A stretch of DNA of 64,000 nt, from assembly GCA_002778455.1 (NCBI GenBank), contig PFCD01000012.1:1444-65443 (forward strand), read 5' to 3'. Positions 55,558 to 64,000 of the stretch are shown here, one piece after another. The notes beneath the pieces are model-generated. The model saw only the letters and a program-made list of their open reading frames with translations, did not search any database and was not told where the DNA came from. Made by a program: the position numbers and the translations under genes. Each line of letters starts with the position of its first letter. Positions within the stretch are counted from its first letter, which is position 1. The DNA comes from Candidatus Micrarchaeota archaeon CG10_big_fil_rev_8_21_14_0_10_45_29 (GTDB taxonomy: Archaea; Micrarchaeota; Micrarchaeia; Anstonellales; Anstonellaceae).

Positions 55558-55983
55558 ATGGTAGAGCTCACAAACGATGATTTGAAAGCACTCACAATTT
55601 TTGAGAAGCTTACAGGCGCATCTGCAACCGATTTGCTCATAGGGGAGAAGTCGGTGGTTTTCCTCGTGGCAAAAGGGGATATGGGGCGCGCCATAGGGCC
55701 CAAGGGCGCGCATATCACGCGCGTGAGAAACGCGTTTTCGCGCCAGGTGCTGGTGTTTGAGGAAAGCTCGGATATGGAGGAGTTTTTAAGGGCAATCTTC
55801 TCGCCCATAGCCATAAAGAATATAAACATCCATGAGAAGAATAATGATAAGACTGTTTATGTCAGTGTCGATGACAAGGACAGGGGCGCAGCAATCGGGC
55901 GCAACGGCGACCGAATAAAGCTGCACAGGGAGCTAATATTGCGAAAGTTCAGGTGCAACCTGCGCCTTGCAAACACAAGATAA
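55558..55983 (+). CDS. nusA: Archaeal NusA-like transcription termination factor (two KH domains)
   Basis: GDMGRAIGPKGAHITRV and DRGAAIGRNGDRIKL GxxG KH motifs. Confidence 0.9.
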   Translation: MVELTNDDLKALTIFEKLTGASATDLLIGEKSVVFLVAKGDMGRAIGPKGAHITRVRNAFSRQVLVFEESSDMEEFLRAIFSPIAIKNINIHEKNNDKTVYVSVDDKDRGAAIGRNGDRIKLHRELILRKFRCNLRLANTR

Positions 55984-55998
55984 TATGGTGATTCTAAA

Positions 55999-56427
55999 AT
56001 GGGAAAAGGAGAATTTTCAGGCCGTGATTTGAAGCGAAGGAGAAAAAAGCAGAGATGGCTCAAAAAGCCATGGAAGCGAAAGAAGCTTAGGCTAAAGGAG
56101 AAATTCGACCCGCTGCAGGGCAAGTCCCAGGCAAAGGGAATTGTGGTTGAGAAAAAGCAGCTTGAGCAAAAACAGCCCCACTCAGGGCTTATCAAATGCG
56201 TAAAAATTCAGCTTATCAAAAACGGCAAACTGGTAACATGCCACGCGCCGCGAAACCTTGCAATCAATTACATAGACGAGCATGATGAGGTAATGGTTGA
56301 GGGGCTCGGGGGTTCGCAAAGAGGGCAGATGGGCTCGATTCCCGGTGTCCGATACAAGGTGATAAAGGTCAACGGTGTTGACTTGCAGCAGCTTGTAAGA
56401 AAAAAGAAAGAGAAACCCAAGAGGTAA
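55999..56427 (+). CDS. rps12: 30S ribosomal protein uS12
   Basis: [27 protein letters not shown] motif and length. Confidence 0.94.
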   Translation: MGKGEFSGRDLKRRRKKQRWLKKPWKRKKLRLKEKFDPLQGKSQAKGIVVEKKQLEQKQPHSGLIKCVKIQLIKNGKLVTCHAPRNLAINYIDEHDEVMVEGLGGSQRGQMGSIPGVRYKVIKVNGVDLQQLVRKKKEKPKR

Positions 56428-56433
56428 GTTTAT

Positions 56434-57039
56434 ATGGAAAAATTATTTGGAAAATTTGAGCTTGATTCTGTGCATGTCTCAGACCCCTCACTTGCAGGCT
56501 ACATAAACCTCTCGCCTGTAAATTTGCCGCATTCGCACGGAAGGCAGGCAAAGCACCAATTTAGAAAAGGCCGCGTAAACATCGTAGAGCGCCTTATCAA
56601 CAAGCTTATGCGAGGGGGCACGGGCAGAAAAACTTCTGGAAAAGTAATTCGCACCCACGGCTCAATGCAGGGCAAAAAATCCAAGGCAATGAATGTGGTG
56701 GAAAAAGCATTTGACATCGTCGCAAAGCGCACCAGCAAAAACCCTGTGCAGGTATTAATTGATGCGCTTGAGAATTCGGCTCCTCGCGAGGACTTTACAC
56801 GAGTTTCTTTCGGAGGAGTATCCTATCAGGTGGCAGTGGATGTTTCAGCTTCCCGCCGCCTTGACATGGCATTGCGCAACATCACTTTGGCGGCCATTAT
56901 GGGCGCATTTGCAAACAAGAAAACGCTTGCAGAAGCGCTTGCAAACGAGCTTGAATTGGCTGCAAACGGAGATACGCAAAACAGCTATGCCATAAAAAAG
57001 CGGGATGAAACCGAGCGAATGGCCCGCAGCGCAAGATAA
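56434..57039 (+). CDS. rps7: 30S ribosomal protein uS7
   Basis: NKLMRGGTGRKTSGK and ENSAPREDFTRVSFGGVSYQVAVDVS motifs. Confidence 0.93.
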   Translation: MEKLFGKFELDSVHVSDPSLAGYINLSPVNLPHSHGRQAKHQFRKGRVNIVERLINKLMRGGTGRKTSGKVIRTHGSMQGKKSKAMNVVEKAFDIVAKRTSKNPVQVLIDALENSAPREDFTRVSFGGVSYQVAVDVSASRRLDMALRNITLAAIMGAFANKKTLAEALANELELAANGDTQNSYAIKKRDETERMARSAR

Positions 57040-57117
57040 ATTATTTTTTCTTTTTTATTTTATTTTTCTTATTCTCAGGTATTTTTTCTAAAATCCCTCT
57101 TCCCCGTTAAAAGCAAC

Positions 57118-57558
57118 ATGTTTTTAAACTTAAATACACTAAATAATATTATGAATAATCAAATAGTATCAGAAAAAAACAACGGGCGCCCCAACCTTAA
57201 TTTCTTTGACGGATTTCGCCTAAAGCTTCTTTTGAAAAAGCACCAGTCATTTAAAAACCTCTCAGACAGGGCATTAGAGCTTGATGAATTCATAGCAGCA
57301 AGATGCAGGATGCTTGTAATAAAAGAGGCAAAATCCCGAAATATAGCCATAACCCAGAGCGAGCTTGAGCAAATCTCACGGCAAATATCTATAATGGCAA
57401 AAACAATCTTTTCCTCAAGCACAAAGCTGGGCTCCTCCGATTTTGCAAGCGCTCTCTCAAGATTAATTGCAAAAAAGCTTCCCTCAAACGGCGTAAACCT
57501 TGATAAAAAAATTGTGCAAGCAAGCGCCTTTTCCAGCCAACCTGCCAATCTTGGGTAA
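57118..57558 (+). CDS. Hypothetical protein
   Basis: ORF only, preceded by a T-rich terminator-like stretch after rps7. No recognised motif. Confidence 0.45.
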   Translation: MFLNLNTLNNIMNNQIVSEKNNGRPNLNFFDGFRLKLLLKKHQSFKNLSDRALELDEFIAARCRMLVIKEAKSRNIAITQSELEQISRQISIMAKTIFSSSTKLGSSDFASALSRLIAKKLPSNGVNLDKKIVQASAFSSQPANLG

Positions 57559-57608
57559 TTTTTTCCTTTTTGCACACTCTTTATTAACCTCTTTGCTTTG
57601 CATTAAGC

Positions 57609-58145
57609 ATGAAGGCGCAACTCTCTGCAGATTATTTGGTAATTCTGGCAGTTTTAATGCTATTAGCCCTGCTCTCACTCGGCATTTTGGGGTATTTTCC
57701 TGACATAGGGAAAAATTTGCAGGCAAAGGCAAGCTATGATTTCTGGCAAAACCAGGCGCGCCCAATAGCCGTAATGGACGCAATATACCGCCAAGACGAG
57801 AATAGGATATATTTTGCCTTAAAATCCCATTCGCAGGAGCAAATATCAATAAAAAAGCTATTTGTAAATTCCACCCAGCTTGCCCTTTTCAGGAATGACG
57901 CCACAGGCGAGCAGCTCTGTGATGAGATAACGTGCAAAGTATCCCCCTGCGACTGCGACTTTGAAATTTCCCCATTCGGCAACGCCTCGGCTTTTAGCGA
58001 GCTGTATGCAGAAGATGCCTCCCCCTGCGGCGAGAATGACAATTATTTTTTGGAGGATTTCTCCCTATTTTACACAAACGCAAGGGATTCCTCTGACACT
58101 TTGCAGGAAAAAGGCTATTACCTGCTCGCAATAACCTGCGGATAG
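57609..58145 (+). CDS. Archaeal type IV pilin-like protein (class III signal peptide), Cys-rich
   Basis: N-terminus MKAQLSADYLVILAVLMLLALLSLGILG fits the prepilin-peptidase site (K-A/G then Q-x-S-x-EY/DY-L) plus a hydrophobic helix. Seven Cys in the mature part. Confidence 0.7.
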   Translation: MKAQLSADYLVILAVLMLLALLSLGILGYFPDIGKNLQAKASYDFWQNQARPIAVMDAIYRQDENRIYFALKSHSQEQISIKKLFVNSTQLALFRNDATGEQLCDEITCKVSPCDCDFEISPFGNASAFSELYAEDASPCGENDNYFLEDFSLFYTNARDSSDTLQEKGYYLLAITCG

Positions 58146-58183
58146 CATATATATTTAATAAATAACCAACCATTAGGGTTTGT

Positions 58184-58771
58184 ATGAATATTTTCAAGGG
58201 GCAAATTTCAGCCGAATATTTGATGATTTTGGGAGTAGTGATGCTGGTCGCGCTTGTGGCAATAGGGCTGACCATTTTTTTCACGCAAGGCGCCTGGGAC
58301 ATCTCCCAGAGCGAAATAAGCTCATACTGGGCAACACAGGCTCACCCGATACGCGTAACAGAAATGGAAGGATATTATTACGGCACCTCTCTTAACGGGG
58401 AAATAGCCCTTGTGCTTGAAAACGTGGATACAAAAGTAATTACAATAAAAAATTTCATAATAGAGCCGTATGGCGTTACAGAGACTTTCGGGGTTTATGA
58501 CGCCCACCATTCAACAGGCGCCGGAGTCACCGGAAACTCGCTTGGCACCGCCGGAGTTTCCCAGACGCTTAGCACAACAATAGTGCTTGCTCCAGGCGAG
58601 AAAGAGGAGGTTTATCTGCGCCCCACAATGGCATGCTCGGACAGCGGCGAGGGCAGGGCTGATACTGAAAAATTTTACAATGAACTTACTATAGTGTATG
58701 ATACTCCTTACTTTGAGGACATCTCTTTCAAGGGCGCAAAGCCGATCGGCGGAAGATGCAACCCTGTATAA
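58184..58771 (+). CDS. Archaeal type IV pilin-like protein (class III signal peptide)
   Basis: N-terminus MNIFKGQISAEYLMILGVVMLVALVAIGL carries the KG/QISAEYL motif typical of archaeal pilins (DUF361-like). Confidence 0.72.
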   Translation: MNIFKGQISAEYLMILGVVMLVALVAIGLTIFFTQGAWDISQSEISSYWATQAHPIRVTEMEGYYYGTSLNGEIALVLENVDTKVITIKNFIIEPYGVTETFGVYDAHHSTGAGVTGNSLGTAGVSQTLSTTIVLAPGEKEEVYLRPTMACSDSGEGRADTEKFYNELTIVYDTPYFEDISFKGAKPIGGRCNPV

Positions 58772-58828
58772 TTTTTTAAAAAGCCGTTTGAAGGCGCAAT
58801 CAGCATATTTTATCTAAAAAGCCCCTTC

Positions 58829-59350
58829 CTATTGCCCGGCAGAAATTATTTTTTTTGCCTCTGCAAGAAGGTGTGCAAGCTCTCCCTTTTTGCGCGCTAT
58901 CTGCAAATTCAGCATGCTTTGCATTGTGCCGTCCGCAACTTTTCTTCCCACAAGAAGCTCCTGCCGCCTCTCAAGCTTTATTATTTGCTCCCGCTTCTCG
59001 CTTATGTCTGCAAGAAGCCCCCCAATATCCTGCTTGCAGTATCTTTTCAGGGTTTTTCTTCCGGCGCGCAAAGGCGAAGTTCCGGCTCTTTTCCGGCTTA
59101 TTTGCACCTTTTCAGAATCAACAGTTGCCGAAGAATTTGCCCAATACACCTGCTCATCCGACATGGAATAAGCTACCTTCACCATTCCCATATCCTCAAG
59201 CACGCTTATCCATTTTTTTAAAAATAAGGGGCGCAACCCCGTAAGAAGGCTAAGCTTTTGCAGCGCAAACTTTTTGTCCGGGTTGGAGCGAAGAAGATTT
59301 ATTATCCCGTCAACCTCTGAGCTTAATTCGGGCTGCTGCATGTCCCTCAC
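58829..59350 (-). CDS. Hypothetical winged-helix-like protein with coiled-coil C-terminus
   Basis: INLLRSNPDKKFALQKLSLLTGLRPLFLKKWISVLEDMGMVKV resembles a wHTH. The start overlaps the rpl10e stop by 4 nt. Confidence 0.5.
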   Translation of the reverse strand: MRDMQQPELSSEVDGIINLLRSNPDKKFALQKLSLLTGLRPLFLKKWISVLEDMGMVKVAYSMSDEQVYWANSSATVDSEKVQISRKRAGTSPLRAGRKTLKRYCKQDIGGLLADISEKREQIIKLERRQELLVGRKVADGTMQSMLNLQIARKKGELAHLLAEAKKIISAGQ

Positions 59351-59877
59351 GCGGCTATTGCCTTCTCCTTAAGCATCCATTTTCCGGATATTTTTGCCCT
59401 TGTCCTTCTTATTGCCTCAATTATGTGGGGGCGGTTTGCCTTTTTTGTCTTTATTGTGAACATTACCTGATTCTTCTTTATCCTTGCCGCCCTGTCGGTA
59501 GGCCTGCCAAATGCGCCGCGCATCCCTTTTTGCAAACGGTCCGCCCCTGCGCCGGCAATCATTTTGTTTTCGCGTATAACATTGTGAGGATATACTTTCA
59601 AATGAAAATAATACTGCCCCGGAATTGTTTTCTCAAGATATTTGTTTGCCGCCTGCCTTGCGCTCTCAAGCGCGTTGTCGCGAAGCTGCACGTCGTATTT
59701 GGCGCAAAAGTCAAACTCAAGGTCATATCCTTCGCCGCCCTTGTTTCCCATATGGTAATTTAGAAGGTTTGTATGCGGCCTTGAGCGCACATAATTCTTT
59801 TTTGGCTTTCTTTTTGAAAACCTGCTCCATGCCACTTTTTTTAGCGTCCTGCAGGTTTTTGCCGGCCTTAATCCCAT
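59347..59877 (-). CDS. rpl10e: 50S ribosomal protein uL16 (L10e)
   Basis: RPAKTCRTLKKVAWSRFS and MIAGAGADRLQKGMRGAFGRP motifs. Confidence 0.92.
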   Translation of the reverse strand: MGLRPAKTCRTLKKVAWSRFSKRKPKKNYVRSRPHTNLLNYHMGNKGGEGYDLEFDFCAKYDVQLRDNALESARQAANKYLEKTIPGQYYFHLKVYPHNVIRENKMIAGAGADRLQKGMRGAFGRPTDRAARIKKNQVMFTIKTKKANRPHIIEAIRRTRAKISGKWMLKEKAIAA

Positions 59878-60220
59878 AAGTTAACACCCTGATTAAACAT
59901 TTAAATTTTTCAAATTTTTCCCCCCTTTTTAGGGAAAAAAGTTTTGCTGCCCTCTTAGCTGGGCTTTTTATCTTAATAAACGTTTCGACGGGCAAAAGCA
60001 CGCCTATTTTTGCGCCTTTTTTGGCGCCAAGAAGGGCTTTTTTACGGGCAGTTTTTTGCACTTCCTCCATTTTCGCGCGCAATTTTTACGGCGTAAAATT
60101 TCTTTCTTTCGCAGCCTGCAGATGCTTTATAACCTTTCACATTCATATATTTATTGCCTGAATTATCGTCGGTAAATGCATGGAAAAACTGGGGCAAAAA
60201 ACAATCCGGGGCAAGAATAA

Positions 60221-62176
60221 ATGAACAATGATACTAATCAAATTCAGGGAAAAAACGGCACATCCTCTCAACCGGGCGCAGGGGAAAAACCCCCCTCATA
60301 CGGCGCAAACGACATTCAGGTTCTCGAAGGGCTTGAAGCCGTAAGGCGCAGGCCTGCAATGTATATAGGCGACACCGGAGCCAAAGGACTGCATCATCTT
60401 GTTTACGAAGTCGTTGACAACTCAATTGACGAGGCATTGGCAGGGCATTGCAAAAATATTGAAGTAACAATCCACAAAGATAATTCCCTCACTGTAAAAG
60501 ACGACGGCCGCGGAATCCCTGTGGAAAAGCATGAGGGCACAGGCAAGTCCGCGCTCGAAGTTGTCATGACCGTGCTTCATGCAGGGGGAAAATTCGACAA
60601 CAAATCCTACAAAGTATCCGGCGGGCTTCACGGGGTGGGCGTGTCCTGCGTAAACGCGCTCTCCGAATTTCTTGAGGCAAAAATAAGGCGCAACAACAAG
60701 CTTTATGTTCAAAAATACTGCCGCGGCGCGCCGCAGGGGGGAGTAAAAGAGGCGGGAAGCGCGCAGGGAAGCGGAACCGAAATAACATTTAAGCCGGACC
60801 CAACCGTATTTGAGACAACCGTGTTTGCCTTTGAAACCCTCTCAAACCGCCTGCGCGAGCTTGCATACCTAAATAAGGGGATAAAAATAATTTTGCAGGA
60901 TGAGAGAGAGCAAAAAAAAGAGGAGTTTCTTTTCAACGGCGGAATAAGCGAATTTGTAACCCATCTTAACAAAAACAAAAACGCGCTTCACCCCGTAATC
61001 TATTTTGAGAAATCCTCCGGAGGAGTGGAAGCCGAAGCCGCATTGCAGTATAATGACGCATATTCTGAAAATATTTTCAGCTTTGTAAACAGCATCCACA
61101 CTATGGAGGGGGGCACGCATTTGGCGGGCTTTAAGGGTGCGCTCACACGCGCGGTAAATGATTATGCCAAAAATTCAAAAATGCTAAAAGAGGGCGCGGT
61201 TTCCGGAGATGACTTGCGCGAGGGGATAGCGGCCGTAATTTCCGTGCGCATTTCAAACCCGCAATTTGAGGGGCAGACAAAAACAAAGCTTGGAAACACA
61301 AACGTAAAAGGATTGGTTGAGTCCATAGTTGGCGAGTCGCTGCGCACCTATTTTGAGGAGCATCCGCAGGACGCGCGCGCAATCGCAAGCAAGGCTTTGC
61401 ATTCCATGCAGGCGCGCCTTGCGGCGCAAAAAGCAAAGGATTTGATACGCAGAAAAGGCGTGCTCGAATCATCCGTATTGCCGGGAAAACTGGCGGACTG
61501 CTCGGAAAAAGACGCCTCAAAATGCGAGCTTTATATTGTTGAGGGGGATTCTGCCGGAGGCAGTGCAAAGCAGGGGCGCGACAGAAAAACACAGGCAATA
61601 CTTCCATTGCGGGGCAAAATATTAAACGTTGAGAAGGCATCAATTGCCAAGCTTCTTGCAAGCGCGGAAATACGCAATTTGATAATGGCAATAGGCACCA
61701 ACTTTGGCGCAGATTTTGACATCTCAAAATTAAGGTACCACAAAATAGTGATAATGACAGATGCCGATGTTGACGGTGCGCACATCCGCACCCTGCTTCT
61801 CACCCTTTTTTACCGGTATTTGCGCCCTCTTGTGGATGCCGGGCACATATTTATCGCCCAGCCGCCCCTTTACAAATTAAAATCAGGCGCAAAAGAGGCA
61901 TATGCATATGATGATGCTCAGCTTTCCAAATTATTGCTGGAATGGGATTCGCCTAAAAATTACCATACACAGCGCTACAAGGGATTGGGTGAGATGAATC
62001 CGTCCCAGCTTTGGGAAACCACAATGGACCCTGCCTCGCGCAAAATGCTAAAAGTAAATGTGGAGGACGCCATGCGCGCAGACGAGCTTTTCACAATCCT
62101 TATGGGGGATGCGGTGGAGCCGCGCCGCCAGTTTATAGAGGCGCATGCAAAAGAGGCGCAAAACATAGACATTTAA
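60221..62176 (+). CDS. gyrB: DNA gyrase subunit B
   Basis: [39 protein letters not shown] and [10 protein letters not shown] motifs. Confidence 0.96.
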   Translation: MNNDTNQIQGKNGTSSQPGAGEKPPSYGANDIQVLEGLEAVRRRPAMYIGDTGAKGLHHLVYEVVDNSIDEALAGHCKNIEVTIHKDNSLTVKDDGRGIPVEKHEGTGKSALEVVMTVLHAGGKFDNKSYKVSGGLHGVGVSCVNALSEFLEAKIRRNNKLYVQKYCRGAPQGGVKEAGSAQGSGTEITFKPDPTVFETTVFAFETLSNRLRELAYLNKGIKIILQDEREQKKEEFLFNGGISEFVTHLNKNKNALHPVIYFEKSSGGVEAEAALQYNDAYSENIFSFVNSIHTMEGGTHLAGFKGALTRAVNDYAKNSKMLKEGAVSGDDLREGIAAVISVRISNPQFEGQTKTKLGNTNVKGLVESIVGESLRTYFEEHPQDARAIASKALHSMQARLAAQKAKDLIRRKGVLESSVLPGKLADCSEKDASKCELYIVEGDSAGGSAKQGRDRKTQAILPLRGKILNVEKASIAKLLASAEIRNLIMAIGTNFGADFDISKLRYHKIVIMTDADVDGAHIRTLLLTLFYRYLRPLVDAGHIFIAQPPLYKLKSGAKEAYAYDDAQLSKLLLEWDSPKNYHTQRYKGLGEMNPSQLWETTMDPASRKMLKVNVEDAMRADELFTILMGDAVEPRRQFIEAHAKEAQNIDI

Positions 62177-62189
62177 TTCCGGTGTATTG

Positions 62190-64000
62190 ATGGCTGATGA
62201 AAAAAAAGCATCCGAGGAAATTCCTGAGAAAGGAATCTTCCCGCAGTCCATAGAGCGCGAGCTTCGCTCCTCTTACCTTGATTATGCGATGTCCGTAATT
62301 GTGGGGCGCGCCCTCCCCGATGTGCGTGACGGCTTTAAGCCCGTGCACAGGCGCGTTCTTTTTGGGATGCACGAGCTTTCCAACACTCACGAGAAGCCGT
62401 ATAAAAAATCCGCAAGAATAGTGGGCGAAGTGCTTGGAAAATTCCATCCCCATGGCGACTCATCAATTTATTCCACCCTTGTGCGCATGGCGCAGGATTT
62501 CTCATTGCGCTACCCGCTTGTTGACGGGCAAGGCAATTTTGGATCAATTGACGGGGATAATGCGGCTGCTATGAGATATACGGAGGTGCGCATGCAAAAG
62601 CTTGCATCCCAGATGCTTGCCGACATTGAGAAAAAAACAGTTGATTTTTCCCCAAACTTTGACGGCACTTTGCAGGAGCCTGATGTGCTTCCAGCCAAAT
62701 TCCCGAATTTGCTTGTAAACGGCTCCTCAGGAATTGCGGTGGGGATGGCAACAAACATGCCCCCTCATAATCTGGGGGAAGTGTGCGACGCAGTAAGTGC
62801 GCTTATTGAAAACTGGGAGCTTGACTCGTTGCAGCTTGCCCAAATCGTGCAGGGGCCGGACTTTCCCACGGCAGGGCTTATTTTGGGGCGCGCAGGAATT
62901 TTGCAGGCATACAAAACCGGGCGCGGCTCAATCAGGATGCGCGGAGTTGCAAACATCATCTCTCACAAAAAAGACAAAAGCCGCCAAATAATTCAAATAA
63001 CTCAGATTCCTTACATGACAAACAAGGCAAGCATGGTAACTCAGATTGCCGAGCTTGTGCGCGACAAGAAACTGGAGGGAATAGCAGACATCACAGACTT
63101 ATCTGACAAGGGGGGAATAGAGGTAAACATAGACCTCAAAAGAGGCGCAAACGCCGAAGTTGTGCTAAACCATCTTTACACAAAAACCCAGCTTGAGAGT
63201 TCTTTTGGCATAATTAATTTGGCGCTTGTAGGAAAGCAGCCGAAAATACTTTCTTTGCGCGACCTTTTGCTTGAATTCATCCAGCACAGGCGCATAGTGA
63301 TACGCAGGCGCTGCAAGCATGATTTGGGCGTCGCAAAAGAGAGGGTGCATCTGCTTGAGGGCCTCAAAATTGCGCTTGCAAACATAGATGCTATAGTTGC
63401 AGCAATAAAGGCGGCGGCAGATATCGCATCCGCCCGCGCCGCCCTCATGTCAAAATACTCTTTAACCGAAAAGCAGGCAAGCGCCATCTTGGAAATGAAG
63501 CTCTCGCGCCTTACCTCTCTTGAGAGGGGAAAAATAGAGGAAGAGCACTCATCCCTTCTCAAATTAATCTCCTCTCTTGAGAAAATACTCTCAGATGAGA
63601 AATTAGTGGACTCTATTATAAAAGAGGAAACAGCGCAAATAAAAGAGCAGTATGCGGATGAGAGGCGCACAAAAATAATAGAATGGGACGGCGGGGACAT
63701 AGATGACATTGATTTGGTGCCTGATGAGCCTGTTGCAATAATATTGACTGAAAATGATTATATTAAAAGAATCTCTTTGAGCGAATACCGCAGCCAGCGA
63801 AGGGGCGGAAAAGGGGTAATAGGCACAGAAACCCGCGAGGAGGACAGAATAAAAGATTTGCTTATTGCAAGCACGCACGACACGCTTCTCTTCTTTACTA
63901 ATAAGGGGATGGTTCACTGGCTATCTGCGCACAAAATTCCAGAATCCGGAAGATATGCAAAAGGGAAAGCAATAGTGAATTTGCTTGAAATGGGGGCAGA
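62190..64000 (+). CDS. gyrA: DNA gyrase subunit A, 3'-truncated by the window edge
   Basis: Manual translation from the ATG at 62190 gives MADEKKASEEIPEKGIFPQSIERELRSSYLDYAMSVIVGRALPDVRDGFKPVHRRVLFGMHE, with AAMRYTE (active-site Tyr region) downstream. The frame is open to the window end, so it is absent from the ORF track. Confidence 0.93.
   Translation, partial: MADEKKASEEIPEKGIFPQSIERELRSSYLDYAMSVIVGRALPDVRDGFKPVHRRVLFGMHELSNTHEKPYKKSARIVGEVLGKFHPHGDSSIYSTLVRMAQDFSLRYPLVDGQGNFGSIDGDNAAAMRYTEVRMQKLASQMLADIEKKTVDFSPNFDGTLQEPDVLPAKFPNLLVNGSSGIAVGMATNMPPHNLGEVCDAVSALIENWELDSLQLAQIVQGPDFPTAGLILGRAGILQAYKTGRGSIRMRGVANIISHKKDKSRQIIQITQIPYMTNKASMVTQIAELVRDKKLEGIADITDLSDKGGIEVNIDLKRGANAEVVLNHLYTKTQLESSFGIINLALVGKQPKILSLRDLLLEFIQHRRIVIRRRCKHDLGVAKERVHLLEGLKIALANIDAIVAAIKAAADIASARAALMSKYSLTEKQASAILEMKLSRLTSLERGKIEEEHSSLLKLISSLEKILSDEKLVDSIIKEETAQIKEQYADERRTKIIEWDGGDIDDIDLVPDEPVAIILTENDYIKRISLSEYRSQRRGGKGVIGTETREEDRIKDLLIASTHDTLLFFTNKGMVHWLSAHKIPESGRYAKGKAIVNLLEMGA

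Noticed and set aside
59723-60082. 119-aa Lys-rich minus-strand ORF upstream of, and overlapping, rpl10e.
   Set aside because: It overlaps the first ~155 nt of rpl10e in another frame. The non-overlapping part (59878-60082) is only ~68 codons with no motif, so it is more likely the rpl10e/gyrB divergent promoter region. A short basic protein cannot be fully excluded.
63176-63709. 177-aa minus-strand ORF.
   Set aside because: It is antisense to gyrA, which is open in frame from 62190 to the window end and carries GyrA motifs.

Overview
This is an archaeal chromosome segment made up almost entirely of the conserved information-processing gene clusters, with very short or overlapping gene junctions. 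Main blocks, in order:

- **Large ribosomal-protein cluster, rpl3 to rpl15 (3.6-16.5 kb).** aSUI1 and the RNase P protein Rpp29 are embedded in it. It is followed by secY, adk, a DUF106 gene, rpl34e, cmk, rpl14e and cbf5.
- **Second cluster (23-29 kb).** rps13, rps4, rps11, rpoD, rpl18e, rpl13, rps9, rpoN and rps2, punctuated by three tRNA genes: an intron-containing Ser-GGA, Leu-GAG and Pro-GGG.
- **RNA polymerase operon (46.8-57 kb).** rpoH, split rpoB''/B', rpoA'/A'', rpl30e, nusA, rps12 and rps7.
- **Other housekeeping genes.** eno, glnA with a divergent Lrp regulator, PCNA, AlaX, signal peptidase, rpoL, csl4, a DUF373 gene, LonB, rpl10e, and gyrB with the start of gyrA.

The split rpoB, gyrase, many lineage-specific small ORFs and odd tRNA loci suggest an uncultivated small-genome archaeon (DPANN- or euryarchaeote-like). 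That placement cannot be fixed from sequence alone.

Observations most worth follow-up:

1. A 5'-truncated, cysteine-rich, sequon-rich modular surface protein at the left edge.
2. A translationally coupled processive GT2 and membrane-anchored glutaredoxin-like CxxC pair.
3. Tandem re-occurrence of the 3' ends plus trailers of two tRNA genes, with no cargo between the copies.
4. A roughly 168-nt candidate structured RNA closed by a 10-bp helix.
5. Orphan ORFs inserted inside the RNA polymerase operon.
6. Pervasive Lys/Ala/Glu/Pro-rich tails on ribosomal proteins.
7. A long hairpin- and palindrome-rich leader upstream of rpl3.

No CRISPR array, rRNA gene or recognisable transposase or integrase gene was seen.
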